This document shows positions 46,801-54,519 of a stretch of DNA of 64,000 nt, one piece after another. The notes beneath the pieces were generated by a model that ran no database searches, was not told the origin of the DNA, and saw only the letters and a list, made by a program, of their open reading frames with translations. The number at the start of each line of letters is the position of its first letter. The first letter of the stretch is position 1. Origin of the DNA: a virus (taxonomy: Duplodnaviria > Caudoviricetes); IMG/VR virus record IMGVR_UViG_3300050146_000027, positions 1 through 64,000 of that record; one strand, 5' to 3'. The translations under genes were made by a program, and so were the position numbers.

Positions 46801-49800
46801 AGCGAACAAGCCAATGCTGCTGTTTACGAATCGTGGAAGGGCAACCCACACGCTGAGATGCTGAAGACTTTTGAGACGTTCTTGGACAATGTCTCTGAAG
46901 CAACAATCACACCGGCCATGCTGCCTACTCTGACTCAGACTTTGTTCTCGTCGTCAGAGCGTCGTTCCATGGCAAAGACTGGTGAAGTGCCCAGCAATGC
47001 AATGATCATGGAACGGATCAAGCAACTGCAAGGCAACTTGGAATGGTCTGCCAAGAGCATTGATGCTCGTCACGCTGCCATTGAATCTTTGCCTGTGTCG
47101 GTTGACCAGATGGCTGCTGCCGGCCGCCCATATACGAACGGCCGTACAACTACCGCACGCATGACCACTGATGATGCTGTGGCTGCTTTGAACAAGGCCT
47201 ATGAAGCTGCCATGGATGGCGGTGCTGTTCCAGCGACCGCACCCATCGCTTCCGTGCCTGCTGTACCAAAGGCTGTCGCATCCCCCATTGACTTGGTGGG
47301 TCGTGTTGCTGCATCTGGGGTTCGTGTTCTGTCGCCTACTGCCATTGAGAGCCTTTCCCGTGACGGCATGACTGAGGCACAAAAAGCTGTCTACAGCGAG
47401 ATCCGTCGATCCAATGCAGTGCAGGGCTACAAGGTGGTAGCTGGTACGGCTGAGCAACTTGATGCATTCATCGCTGAGACTGGCCGCTCACAGCGTCCAG
47501 CCCAAGAGGTGCATGGCTGGATCAACGTTGGTGACAAGACCATCTACATGATCAACCCGTCGGTTGAGACTCTGGTCCACGAGCTTGTGCATGCAGGTTC
47601 CTATGAGACGGTTCTGGCTCACTATCGTGGCGAGAGTGTCAGCACTGAAGTGGCTGCTGCTGTCGGTCGCCTGGAAACTTTGATGGCTGAGTTTGTTGAA
47701 ACTGATGTCAGTCAGTTTGATCCAGCACTGCGTGCTGCTTACGACTCAGCCAAGGCTGCAATCCTTTCGGCCAACTTGGAATCGGATCAGTCTGTGGCCA
47801 TGGCCAAAGCACTGAATGAATTCATGGCCTGGGGCTTGACCAACGAACAGCTGACCAAGGACCTGAAGAGTAAGCCTGCTCCTGTTCTGGTCCGTTTGGC
47901 CAAGGGCATCGTTGCTGCGATCAAGTCTCTGATCTGTGGCCGCAAGATTGCACCCAAGCCTGCCGACGATTTCCTCAGCAACCTGCAATTCAACTCTGGT
48001 GTGATCTTCCGCAGCCAACCCAACATTGCTGCTGTGGTTCGCAGCGGTGAGCTCTATCACTCGACTGCCTATGGCAACTCCAACCGCATCAACACCATCC
48101 GTCAGACGTTTGCTCAGAAGATCGTTGACCTTCTGGCCACTGAGAAGTGGCAACGTGGTACGAAGATGCGTCAGGTGGAAGTCTCTCAAGCTGTGCAAGA
48201 AGCTGTCTTGGTGGGTCTGTCCTTTAATGCCCACGGCTTTCCGATGAACCAACAAGAAGGAACTACCTTCCGCATGATGCTGGCTGCCCTGGCTACTGAA
48301 GCCGACATTGACGCAAACTCGATGGATCGTGCACAAGAGCTCTACGCCCACGTCTCCAAGAACTTGACGGTTGAAGACTTCATGGCTGATCCATCTTCAT
48401 TGGATCCCCAGATGCGTTACGACGCACAAGAGAAGTACAGCGTGATCATGGGCCAGTACCTCACGGTGAAAGATGCCAAGGGTCGCAGCTCACTGCTCCC
48501 ATCATTCCTGGCTCTGGCTACTGTGAACGATGAGTTCCGTGCTGTTTTGGCCAAGATGGCTTTGCCCAAAACTGTCAAGAACATGGATGGCACTTTGGAT
48601 TCGATCTTGAGCAATGCTGGCGACTCGGTGATGGACTCTTTGAGCCGTCGCTTGGCCGGCGATGTCAAAGGCAAGTCGGTTCGTGACTCCATCGACAACC
48701 TGCTGGAGCACATTCGCAAGGAAGCCCAAAACGAACAAACGTTCCTTGACCAGTACGCTTCAGTCTCTGGTGGCATCGTTGACCGTGCCAATGAAATTGT
48801 GACCAATGGTCTGAAAGCTGCTTCTGACGCATTGCTTGCTCGTGCTGATGCTGCTGAGAAGAATGCATCGAATGCTTTGGTCAAGAGTGGTGCCCGCTTT
48901 GCCAAGCTGGTGGCTTTGGTGGCAAGCGAGAAGAACGGTGCCATCATCTCTGAAGGTCTGCTGGCATCCACCAACGCCACAAAGATGTGGGAGCCCCTGC
49001 GTACTTTCATCAGCGACATGGTTGGTCGGACTGAGTCCAATGCCAACGTGTACGACATGATCAAAGCAGTTCGCTCAGCAGTGCAGCAAACTCGTCAGCA
49101 GTTCCGTGATGGGGTGCCTCAGATCATCAACAGCAAATTCAAGAAGAAGGTGACTCCTGCTCAATGGACCGCAATGTTCAGCACCCTGGCCAAGACTGAC
49201 CTGGCTGTGCTTCGCGGTTCAATGCAGCATGCTGAGATCGCAGCTTTGATCTCTGACCAAGCTGCTCGTGACACTGAGATCAACAAACTGGAAGCTCAGA
49301 TTCAAGCTTCGAATCCTCGCCACTGGGCAATCTTGTCGGCCAAGATGAAGCAACTGGCTGTGTTCATGAACACTGGTGTCCCTGGTGTGAACCTGCTTCG
49401 CAATGCAGAAGCCATCGGTCGCCTGCTTGGTGAGCAGAAGGCCAACAACTACAGCCTGCCCAATGCAACCACCAAAACTGCCATCGACAAGCTGGTGAGC
49501 CTGTACGCTTTGGAAGCACTGCCTGACGCTACCCGAGACACAGTTTCCTCTTTGGTTCAAAGCGAAGCAGATGGTGTCAGCTTTGTAGTTGACTACTTGG
49601 TTGGTCAACGCAAAGAGGAAGTTCGCAAGGCCACCGGCACTGCAATGCTGAATGCTTACAAGGGCTACATCCCTTCTGAACAAGAAGGCGGTGTGTCCAT
49701 GCAAATTGCCAGTGACTCGGAGTTTGCCAACCTTCGTGAGCTTGGCTACGTTCGCGTTGCTCCTTACAAGGGCAGCTCTGTCGAACTTGGTCAAGAGCTC

Positions 49801-51417
49801 AAGAGCTACTACTACGCTCCTTTGTCGGGACGTGCCATCTTCAACCAAGGCATCATGCAGAACGTCCGACACACTGCAGGCGGTGTTGATGCAACGTCTG
49901 GTTTCACTGTCGGCATGACTGCTGGTCGAGTGACCGGCAAGCAGCAGATTGCTCGCATCCTCAGCCGCATGGGCCAAGAAAAGAGCACGGTTGAAACCTT
50001 CATGCCTGTGTATGACTCTGTTGGTGAGGTCATTGCTCTGGAGCGTTCAGTTGATCCTAAGATCGCTGCCAAGCTCAACAACAGCAAGGACCTTGCTCGC
50101 ATGATTGGTGTCTGGCGTGGTCGTCAAGTTGAAGAAGCCACCAGCCAAATCTACAACGAGCAGTTGATCGACAAGCTCAAGGCTATGTACGACGAAGACA
50201 TGAAAGTGTCTTCTTCAAACAAGGCACAGTATGTGAACCTTCTGGACAACAAGACGGCCAAGGGGAACCCAGTCATTGCTGATGCTGTCTCGCTGTTTAC
50301 CAATGAGACTCTTGACTACATCCGAAGCAAGTTTGGTCAAGATTTCTGGGTTCGTCGTGACATGGTGCGTGATGCTGTTGGCGAACGCTCTGCTTCGATT
50401 GGGGATCTGTGGAGTGGTGTCTCGAACATGTCAAAAGACAATCGTGACCATCTTCGCAAAGCTCTCGTTGGTGCGCTTGGTATCGACGCATACCGCAAAG
50501 TGGTTGGTGCAGAACGTTTGCTGCAGAACTTCATGGCTGACATGCGGACACTGATTGTGGTGAAGTCGGTGATTGTTCCGGCTGCCAACTTCGTGTCGAA
50601 CATCTATCAGCTGATCAGCCGTGGTGTGCCCATGCTCTACATTGCGAAGACCATGCCTGCCAAGCTGACTGAGATCGATTCGTATGCCAAGACCCAGCTG
50701 CGTCAGATTGAAGCTGAAGCTGAGCTTCGGGCTGCCACTGGCAATGCCGTTGCTGAGCGTAAATTGAAGGCTGAGATTCAATCGATCAAAGATGCCCACA
50801 AGCGTATGAGCATCTGGCCTCTGATCGAAGCTGGCGAGTTCAGTTCAATTGCTGACGTGGGCATGCAGGCTGAAGACTTGGATCTGACTTCAGGCAAGCT
50901 GGCCTCTTACGTTGAACGCCAAGTGGACAAGCTGCCTGACAGCATCAAAACTGCTGGCCGCTATGCTTTGATCACCAAGGACACTGCTCTGTATCGTGGC
51001 TTGCAGAAGTCGGTGCAGTACGGTGACTTTGTGGCCAAGGCAGTGCTCTTTGATGATCTGACCAAACGTCAGAAGAAGACCAAGGCAGAAGCCCTGGCCC
51101 GTATCACTGAAGAGTTTGTGAACTACGATCGGTTGCCCGGCCGGTTCCGCAGCTACCTGGAGAACTCCGGTCTGCTGTGGTTCTACAACTTCAAGATCCG
51201 TTCGACCAAGGTGGCTCTGAGCACGATCCGGAACAACCCAGTGCATGCTTTGATGTCGATGACACTGCCTGCTCCGGATTTCTTGGGCAGCATCGGCTCA
51301 CCCATAAGTGACAACATCCTGGCCAAGTCTCTCAGTGATTCTCTTGGTTCCTCGATCGGCACTGACATGGCTTTCCGAGCACCAACGCTGAACCCCTGGA
51401 TGAACATGATCCACTGA
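40837..51417 (+). CDS. virion-encapsidated RNA polymerase (N4 gp50-like), 3526 aa
   Basis: YAYNMSRVGRMQMLG, LEADGVTNGP (motif A), RGIAKNPLTITIYGSG (motif B), KIFDG (motif C); RBS AGGA. Confidence 0.97.
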   Translation: MADVNSLLNHALSMMSAPTAVDTKKQSVAAAVDEKKSALGKTPDFYQIAAAGSTDAGLASAGELEKDVRTMNQSQLWQKYGDKAPQLFRQMADGQQKFSADMTIDRNAGELFSDSTSGAASSFVGGLGSIAALGTGLVNADAGAALSGAVAKMGEVVQGVQSEGVGAARRVQQARSANTSRDNEQQYNQDVADGSSELVAGLKQFGRDFVDTAGNSTDAAFFAQGTAEAAGSLLSGSPVAAGLRKIGTALMGGAAKQRAVALAAQIDRTTGVASTARVADRARKIGSGAAWPLATAALEGGGAYTGTVNEIMGMTHDQLQEGSPQYRQMLADMVASGVPVADAREQVKVTLANQAGEQAAAIQAPIAGVTGLLTRALEKPFTAPSVRAAARATFVNEPVEEAVQSSTGQLAQNIGVQANANENQNLAKGVGEQGAMGAMFGMTSAGSVQGPAVAGLGARNVYRGAKAAVSAAVEAGKPLYQALIERGDRILRQQEQASPVSDEAITAATNNLNAVAENSTAVMTEALNTAKIDEAVKQSGNQYVSSLVQSLQFDPAELEGAPDYVRQAVGDTTSRAEAAIKLADLVNKSQTDQDALNNAAMLWMLMEPVKAMKEADPEAFASLPKDSPALSLVQQYSQVANSIEANATVRRALRAVEPLLTRAAATIQPVTEESLATPEGQQNVQNAIAVASLHPDKGNLDANEQILTHAAQGKLNLTPDQLNTLKTSVTLLRARAKMEEQIAASGTRRVKDVVSSQIVAGNDPLRKVAKSALQHTQEILSAMRGQNSELATARLEDFGKFVQHMQNKVMALNTHFANGNPNADGVPYQQLQPTGNRDFRLSRDGMFVNTNKGSSIDLAQSAAIEAQILADVYNGLVGTFPELNQATIAAVPLDAALIGDSETLAQGFRDARKPAKAQPVETDNANRNVDGEPSAVVPARDVRVAAGDETVVATPAPTEVVDQGRSEAVPPVVETKQDSTPTPVVEVRDPVPDAVDASEPPASVITTPLDDLYGDNNFARSSFVYPDEATTRLSAEESPIAAVRRALSSETRLSSFLFGSTKRNTLKPETASAYQRLLTDTLAPVVMAVQQQLADFLNSSYSKSVPQTMQEIFLNNIEVPRKSGKPLMGSEMNRLARAKVLNFTQLDSNGNLIYQPQMLEQASLAAMQWLLSSDSFSSVMDESDVAQMTGLSETALQRNPELIEQLTEGMSVAQAKGSLSIKIRKYMGLQSKSTADMAYSNGIINAMAAELLRAMASAGLLEINNTKLTPAVHGVKKDKTFTRIVVKKLDDKEALASFQDAIEVASLVAPEVTNYIGDVTPDVAERQMNNNEVANTTNQKDALSKEQQTPFYVNPAMVSFYTSLGKDNLLALFGTSLDDEEVFNDAHLKSVKSKNNSVTSAFDHLLSVLADVSNVAETAGTALDQTPIRYAYNMSRVGRMQMLGKYGPQASKLVREAILPTRSTLNLSNQNSGSFTAYGLGLAQALGIKVHNQPADVSVTEVMAKLNGGLAPAVEMVREWLSAVDLNRPAEMTAELTTDQVMQLKDAFAAAKADLSMVGLHALVDYARYLASEDQSAFQTSMYLEADGVTNGPINAMALMSIGGFTPAWVNNVSKGGLAFGQPTTMADIRKSDSKDLYQASTDATRARLSELRDSLSQEGTEQMDHLLNLMSLFSPDVIFNPDAKWEDGSLELKRGIAKNPLTITIYGSGQSGIAGKLTGALVDEIYARMSTLLQARKANPDISVADAMFPGDLDAANKLDRFSKSIHALTTLVPVREKGNLLFDAVSQPARKFVPKTFSFTASELETMEANMLELFVKPMRQGIADTVGEPLMQAVATLRDAAQVQSIFLEAMYVQRIDEAMNKKEATDPIWRRGDFLSQAELKKITADLRNISPLVQTGDQTFLITSKQTLDLEGRDLEFGRALDDSLRPDADMFGPGQAGVRAIPMMTIGMGDGMMMQLLAQMGLQGTLKIFDGMNMPLDKIGQYSEQANAAVYESWKGNPHAEMLKTFETFLDNVSEATITPAMLPTLTQTLFSSSERRSMAKTGEVPSNAMIMERIKQLQGNLEWSAKSIDARHAAIESLPVSVDQMAAAGRPYTNGRTTTARMTTDDAVAALNKAYEAAMDGGAVPATAPIASVPAVPKAVASPIDLVGRVAASGVRVLSPTAIESLSRDGMTEAQKAVYSEIRRSNAVQGYKVVAGTAEQLDAFIAETGRSQRPAQEVHGWINVGDKTIYMINPSVETLVHELVHAGSYETVLAHYRGESVSTEVAAAVGRLETLMAEFVETDVSQFDPALRAAYDSAKAAILSANLESDQSVAMAKALNEFMAWGLTNEQLTKDLKSKPAPVLVRLAKGIVAAIKSLICGRKIAPKPADDFLSNLQFNSGVIFRSQPNIAAVVRSGELYHSTAYGNSNRINTIRQTFAQKIVDLLATEKWQRGTKMRQVEVSQAVQEAVLVGLSFNAHGFPMNQQEGTTFRMMLAALATEADIDANSMDRAQELYAHVSKNLTVEDFMADPSSLDPQMRYDAQEKYSVIMGQYLTVKDAKGRSSLLPSFLALATVNDEFRAVLAKMALPKTVKNMDGTLDSILSNAGDSVMDSLSRRLAGDVKGKSVRDSIDNLLEHIRKEAQNEQTFLDQYASVSGGIVDRANEIVTNGLKAASDALLARADAAEKNASNALVKSGARFAKLVALVASEKNGAIISEGLLASTNATKMWEPLRTFISDMVGRTESNANVYDMIKAVRSAVQQTRQQFRDGVPQIINSKFKKKVTPAQWTAMFSTLAKTDLAVLRGSMQHAEIAALISDQAARDTEINKLEAQIQASNPRHWAILSAKMKQLAVFMNTGVPGVNLLRNAEAIGRLLGEQKANNYSLPNATTKTAIDKLVSLYALEALPDATRDTVSSLVQSEADGVSFVVDYLVGQRKEEVRKATGTAMLNAYKGYIPSEQEGGVSMQIASDSEFANLRELGYVRVAPYKGSSVELGQELKSYYYAPLSGRAIFNQGIMQNVRHTAGGVDATSGFTVGMTAGRVTGKQQIARILSRMGQEKSTVETFMPVYDSVGEVIALERSVDPKIAAKLNNSKDLARMIGVWRGRQVEEATSQIYNEQLIDKLKAMYDEDMKVSSSNKAQYVNLLDNKTAKGNPVIADAVSLFTNETLDYIRSKFGQDFWVRRDMVRDAVGERSASIGDLWSGVSNMSKDNRDHLRKALVGALGIDAYRKVVGAERLLQNFMADMRTLIVVKSVIVPAANFVSNIYQLISRGVPMLYIAKTMPAKLTEIDSYAKTQLRQIEAEAELRAATGNAVAERKLKAEIQSIKDAHKRMSIWPLIEAGEFSSIADVGMQAEDLDLTSGKLASYVERQVDKLPDSIKTAGRYALITKDTALYRGLQKSVQYGDFVAKAVLFDDLTKRQKKTKAEALARITEEFVNYDRLPGRFRSYLENSGLLWFYNFKIRSTKVALSTIRNNPVHALMSMTLPAPDFLGSIGSPISDNILAKSLSDSLGSSIGTDMAFRAPTLNPWMNMIH

Positions 51418-51422
51418 CCAAA

Positions 51423-51450
51423 AACAAAGCCCCACTTCTGGGGCTTTGTT
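51423..51450. terminator. bidirectional terminator
   Basis: AACAAAGCCCC-ACTTCT-GGGGCTTTGTT between convergent genes. Confidence 0.8.
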
Positions 51451-51635
51451 CATTGGCAGTTGAGGCATGACACGTCATCGCCCATGTCACACATGCAACA
51501 TTTCATGCTCCCGCAGAACTCACACTTCACCAACTCAGTTGGGATGTCATCGTCAGGGTAGTTGTTTGCCTTGCGTTCACGATCATTGAAGCTGCTTCCG
51601 CAGCATGGGCATTCGTCGTCAACTTCGGAGCTCAA
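51450..51635 (-). CDS. small Cys-rich zinc-finger protein (TTG start)
   Basis: CPCC..CEFC..KCCMCD..CLNC; TTGA overlap. Confidence 0.55.
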   Translation of the reverse strand: MSSEVDDECPCCGSSFNDRERKANNYPDDDIPTELVKCEFCGSMKCCMCDMGDDVSCLNCQ

Positions 51636-51811
51636 AACGTCACCCCCATCCTTTTGAGAGCCTGAAAGATGTGTTCACGTACACCCGATGCAACAGCCGG
51701 TTCATCTTCGGTGTGGGCGTTTTGCATCATGGCCATGAGTGCACAAGCTTCGGCTTGGGTCATTTCCATTTCGATCTTGTAGCTGACAACCTCCTGGACA
51801 ACAGTTTTCAT
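51632..51811 (-). CDS. small hypothetical protein (59 aa; not in the ORF track)
   Basis: RBS GAGGA; MKTVVQEVVSYKIEMEMTQAEACALMAMMQNA... Confidence 0.6.
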   Translation of the reverse strand: MKTVVQEVVSYKIEMEMTQAEACALMAMMQNAHTEDEPAVASGVREHIFQALKRMGVTF

Positions 51812-51842
51812 CTTGGTTCCTCAAAGTTATATCCAGAAAAAG

Positions 51843-51864
51843 AAAAGCCCCCGAAGGGGCTTTT
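51843..51864. terminator. terminator with UUCG loop on the - strand
   Basis: AAAAGCCCC-CGAA-GGGGCTTTT. Confidence 0.85.
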
Positions 51865-51882
51865 CACACTGCCGATCGGAGA

Positions 51883-52335
51883 TCAGCTGTTCTTGGGACG
51901 CTGCAGGCCACCGAACAGGCTCTTGGGCGTGGTGGCCGGAGCTGCTTCGACTTGGGAAGTCGCTTCGGTCTGCTCAGCTTCGCCAGTGACCTGACCAGCC
52001 TCAGCTTCTTGGACCACCGAGCCAGTTTCCTGGGCCGTGGCTGCGTTTTCTTGAGCAGCCGAGGCCTGGGTAGCCGGATCAGGCTGCACTTCGCTGACGG
52101 CCTTCACAGCGGCCACCGCGACAGGCTTGATGTTGGTCGAGCGGGTGACTTGGGCCACAGCCGTGGGGGCAACCTGGCCGGGCTCGATCAGATCGATCGT
52201 GGCAGTGATGCCATTGGCACCACGAGTGGCGGCCAGATCGATGCTGAAGGTGGTGCCTTCGGCCAGGGTCAGGCGAGAGGCGACGTAGTCACGCAGGGCT
52301 TGTTCGACTTCAGTTTGGACGAGGGTGATTTGCAT
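51883..52335 (-). CDS. conserved N4-like hypothetical protein
   Basis: MQI.L.Q.E.EQAL..Y........G....ID..ATRG..G.TA.ID; ends with SLFGGL. Confidence 0.7.
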   Translation of the reverse strand: MQITLVQTEVEQALRDYVASRLTLAEGTTFSIDLAATRGANGITATIDLIEPGQVAPTAVAQVTRSTNIKPVAVAAVKAVSEVQPDPATQASAAQENAATAQETGSVVQEAEAGQVTGEAEQTEATSQVEAAPATTPKSLFGGLQRPKNS

Positions 52336-52344
52336 GGAAACTCC

Positions 52345-52905
52345 TTAGACTGTATTCAGCAGTCGGATCAGGTTTTGAAATTGCTGGGTGTTGACCCCAG
52401 CGTGGATTGCCCCGATGGCATCGGCCATGTGTTCAGCACTGGAAGCGTTGATCACACCGCCATGCAGAGGCCAATTGGCTGTCGGGTAGTCAGCCACAGC
52501 GGCTGAGATCATCTGATCCTTTGTCGCTGTTTTTGAGTTAGTCATGGCTTTTTTGACTTCACTCGCAGTGACCTCAATGAGCGGGATGTTCTGAGCACGC
52601 AAGGCACCAAGTAGACCAACACAAATGCCATAGGCTTTCATGCCAGCAGCACTTTGTGAGCCCACAGGGGCTTCCACAAAGATGACTTTGGAGGACAGAA
52701 CCAAAGGAAGAATGTTGCTGAACAGCTTGTTGGCACGTTCAATGTCATAGCTGTTCACGCGAACTTGCTTCCCCTTTGGTTCATCTCCAGTCTTGATGAC
52801 AGACAACACAGGCACATCAAGTACCCCTGTTGCCAGGTCAAGACTGGAGAAGGCCAGTCCCCAGTTGCGCATGCTCGGATCCATCCCTAGAACAGGGACC
52901 CTCAC
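52345..52905 (-). CDS. RuvC-like Holliday junction resolvase (N4 gp46-like)
   Basis: LGMDPSMRNWGLA, IFVEAPVGSQSA, EHMADAI. Confidence 0.85.
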   Translation of the reverse strand: MRVPVLGMDPSMRNWGLAFSSLDLATGVLDVPVLSVIKTGDEPKGKQVRVNSYDIERANKLFSNILPLVLSSKVIFVEAPVGSQSAAGMKAYGICVGLLGALRAQNIPLIEVTASEVKKAMTNSKTATKDQMISAAVADYPTANWPLHGGVINASSAEHMADAIGAIHAGVNTQQFQNLIRLLNTV

Positions 52906-52908
52906 AGG

Positions 52909-53661
52909 TCAGCTCTTGGGGCCGAACAGGCTCTTACGAGCTGTTGCAGCAACTTCGCCGGCCTTGGGTGGGGCTGTGCGAGCACCACCAGCAGCACCGT
53001 CCTTGATCGTGCGCTTGTCACGAGTCTGACCCTTGTTGCGTTCGAGCCAAGAATCCCAGAACTTCGCTTCGGTCTGGCCTTGGCGAGCTTCGGCCACAGT
53101 CAGCTTCTGTTCAGGGTGGTAGACCTTGTCGGTCACGTTGATCTCACGGGTTTCGGCCGTGGGCACGTACTCGGCGTCAGCACCGGTGCCGGACTTCTCG
53201 TTCTTGTTTTCCAGCACCTTCAAGATGCCCAACGAGATGGGTTGGCCAATGGCGGCCACCAGCATGTCGACGCCTTTGGGCAGTTCCTTCTTGGCTTCGT
53301 AGTCGTAGAGCTTGATGGTGCGCTCTTCGAAAGCAGACTCGGACAAGGGAACGCCAGTGGCGATCAGGCAGATGTCGTCAGCGATGGTGAAGCCAGGCAG
53401 AGGAACCTTCTTGGTTCTGTCGTCCTTGTTCAGGAAGAAGTTCTCACCCTTCTTGTTCGTGATCCAGAAGGTCTCACGGAACTCGGTGCCGCTGAAGTCA
53501 GCGATCAGGGTCAGAGATGCGGCACCGCCGTCGGATTTGCCGGCGTACAGGGCTTTGATCTTGCCGGTGTAGATGTCAGTTTCGAGGGGGCGAAAACCGC
53601 CCAGACGGTCTTGGGATTCTTCCAGACCTTCGCTTTTCAGATTGCCAAACAGAGCACTCAT
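52909..53661 (-). CDS. single-stranded DNA-binding protein (N4 gp45-like)
   Basis: DRLGG...ETDIY, ETFWIT.KKG, LPGF..ADD, C-terminal RKSLFG. Confidence 0.85.
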   Translation of the reverse strand: MSALFGNLKSEGLEESQDRLGGFRPLETDIYTGKIKALYAGKSDGGAASLTLIADFSGTEFRETFWITNKKGENFFLNKDDRTKKVPLPGFTIADDICLIATGVPLSESAFEERTIKLYDYEAKKELPKGVDMLVAAIGQPISLGILKVLENKNEKSGTGADAEYVPTAETREINVTDKVYHPEQKLTVAEARQGQTEAKFWDSWLERNKGQTRDKRTIKDGAAGGARTAPPKAGEVAATARKSLFGPKS

Positions 53662-53731
53662 GATGCTGCCTTTCGTTGCAGTTGTTGAACAGAGCAGAGA
53701 ATTCTGCTCCCAGTTCTACGGGAACGGTAGC

Positions 53732-54457
53732 TTAACCGTAGTACGCCCGCAGTCGTTTGAACACAAGGTCCATGTCGTTGTCGATGTACAGCTCGTTGCG
53801 GTTCCAAAGACCCATGGCTGACCGCATTTTGCTGCCAGCTGTTTCCTTGGTGATCCGTGTACAGAACACGTACTTGACTCCGTCTTCCTTCTCAGCATCG
53901 GTGATGGTGAGCAAGTCGTTTTCGATGCCTTCCAGCTTTTTGACTGGAATCTGCATCGTGCGCAAGATGGTCGTGAAGTCAGCTTCAACGCCAACCTTGC
54001 CGACAGCACCCTTCACAGGAACCCGAGCTTCCATCATCTGAGCCTGTTCATTCAAGGACTCGTCTTCGTGAGCAAAGATGGTGTAGTTCTTGGTTCCTGA
54101 TTTGATGGCATGGATCAGATCACGGTAGAAGTTGCCGTAATCGCCCCATGCAGATTGACCAGTCTTGGTCCCGGCAAAGGGAGCCACGTACTGGCGTTCG
54201 TACATGTTCATCAAGAACGTGATGGTGTCAAGCACCGCACCCGTGACGCCAGGTTCTTCTTCAATCTGGGTCACGTACTCGATCACGTCTTTGGCATCAG
54301 CGATTTCGACGCTCTGCATGAAGCGGTCACGGAATGGGAGTTCCTTCAGATCAGCATTCAAGTAGACCATCGAACTCTGTGGGAGATTCCGAAGTGATGT
54401 CGACTTGCCGGTGTTGGGCTTGCCCATCACCAAGACGATGTTTTTGTTCTGGGCCAT
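53732..54457 (-). CDS. AAA-family ATPase (N4 gp44-like)
   Basis: GKPNTGKSTSL Walker A; VLDTITFLM Walker B. Confidence 0.85.
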   Translation of the reverse strand: MAQNKNIVLVMGKPNTGKSTSLRNLPQSSMVYLNADLKELPFRDRFMQSVEIADAKDVIEYVTQIEEEPGVTGAVLDTITFLMNMYERQYVAPFAGTKTGQSAWGDYGNFYRDLIHAIKSGTKNYTIFAHEDESLNEQAQMMEARVPVKGAVGKVGVEADFTTILRTMQIPVKKLEGIENDLLTITDAEKEDGVKYVFCTRITKETAGSKMRSAMGLWNRNELYIDNDMDLVFKRLRAYYG

Positions 54458-54519
54458 TTGTATTCCTTTGGTTCCGGAGATTGATAACCAAAGAAAGGGA
54501 TGACGGTGCACCCCCTTCT

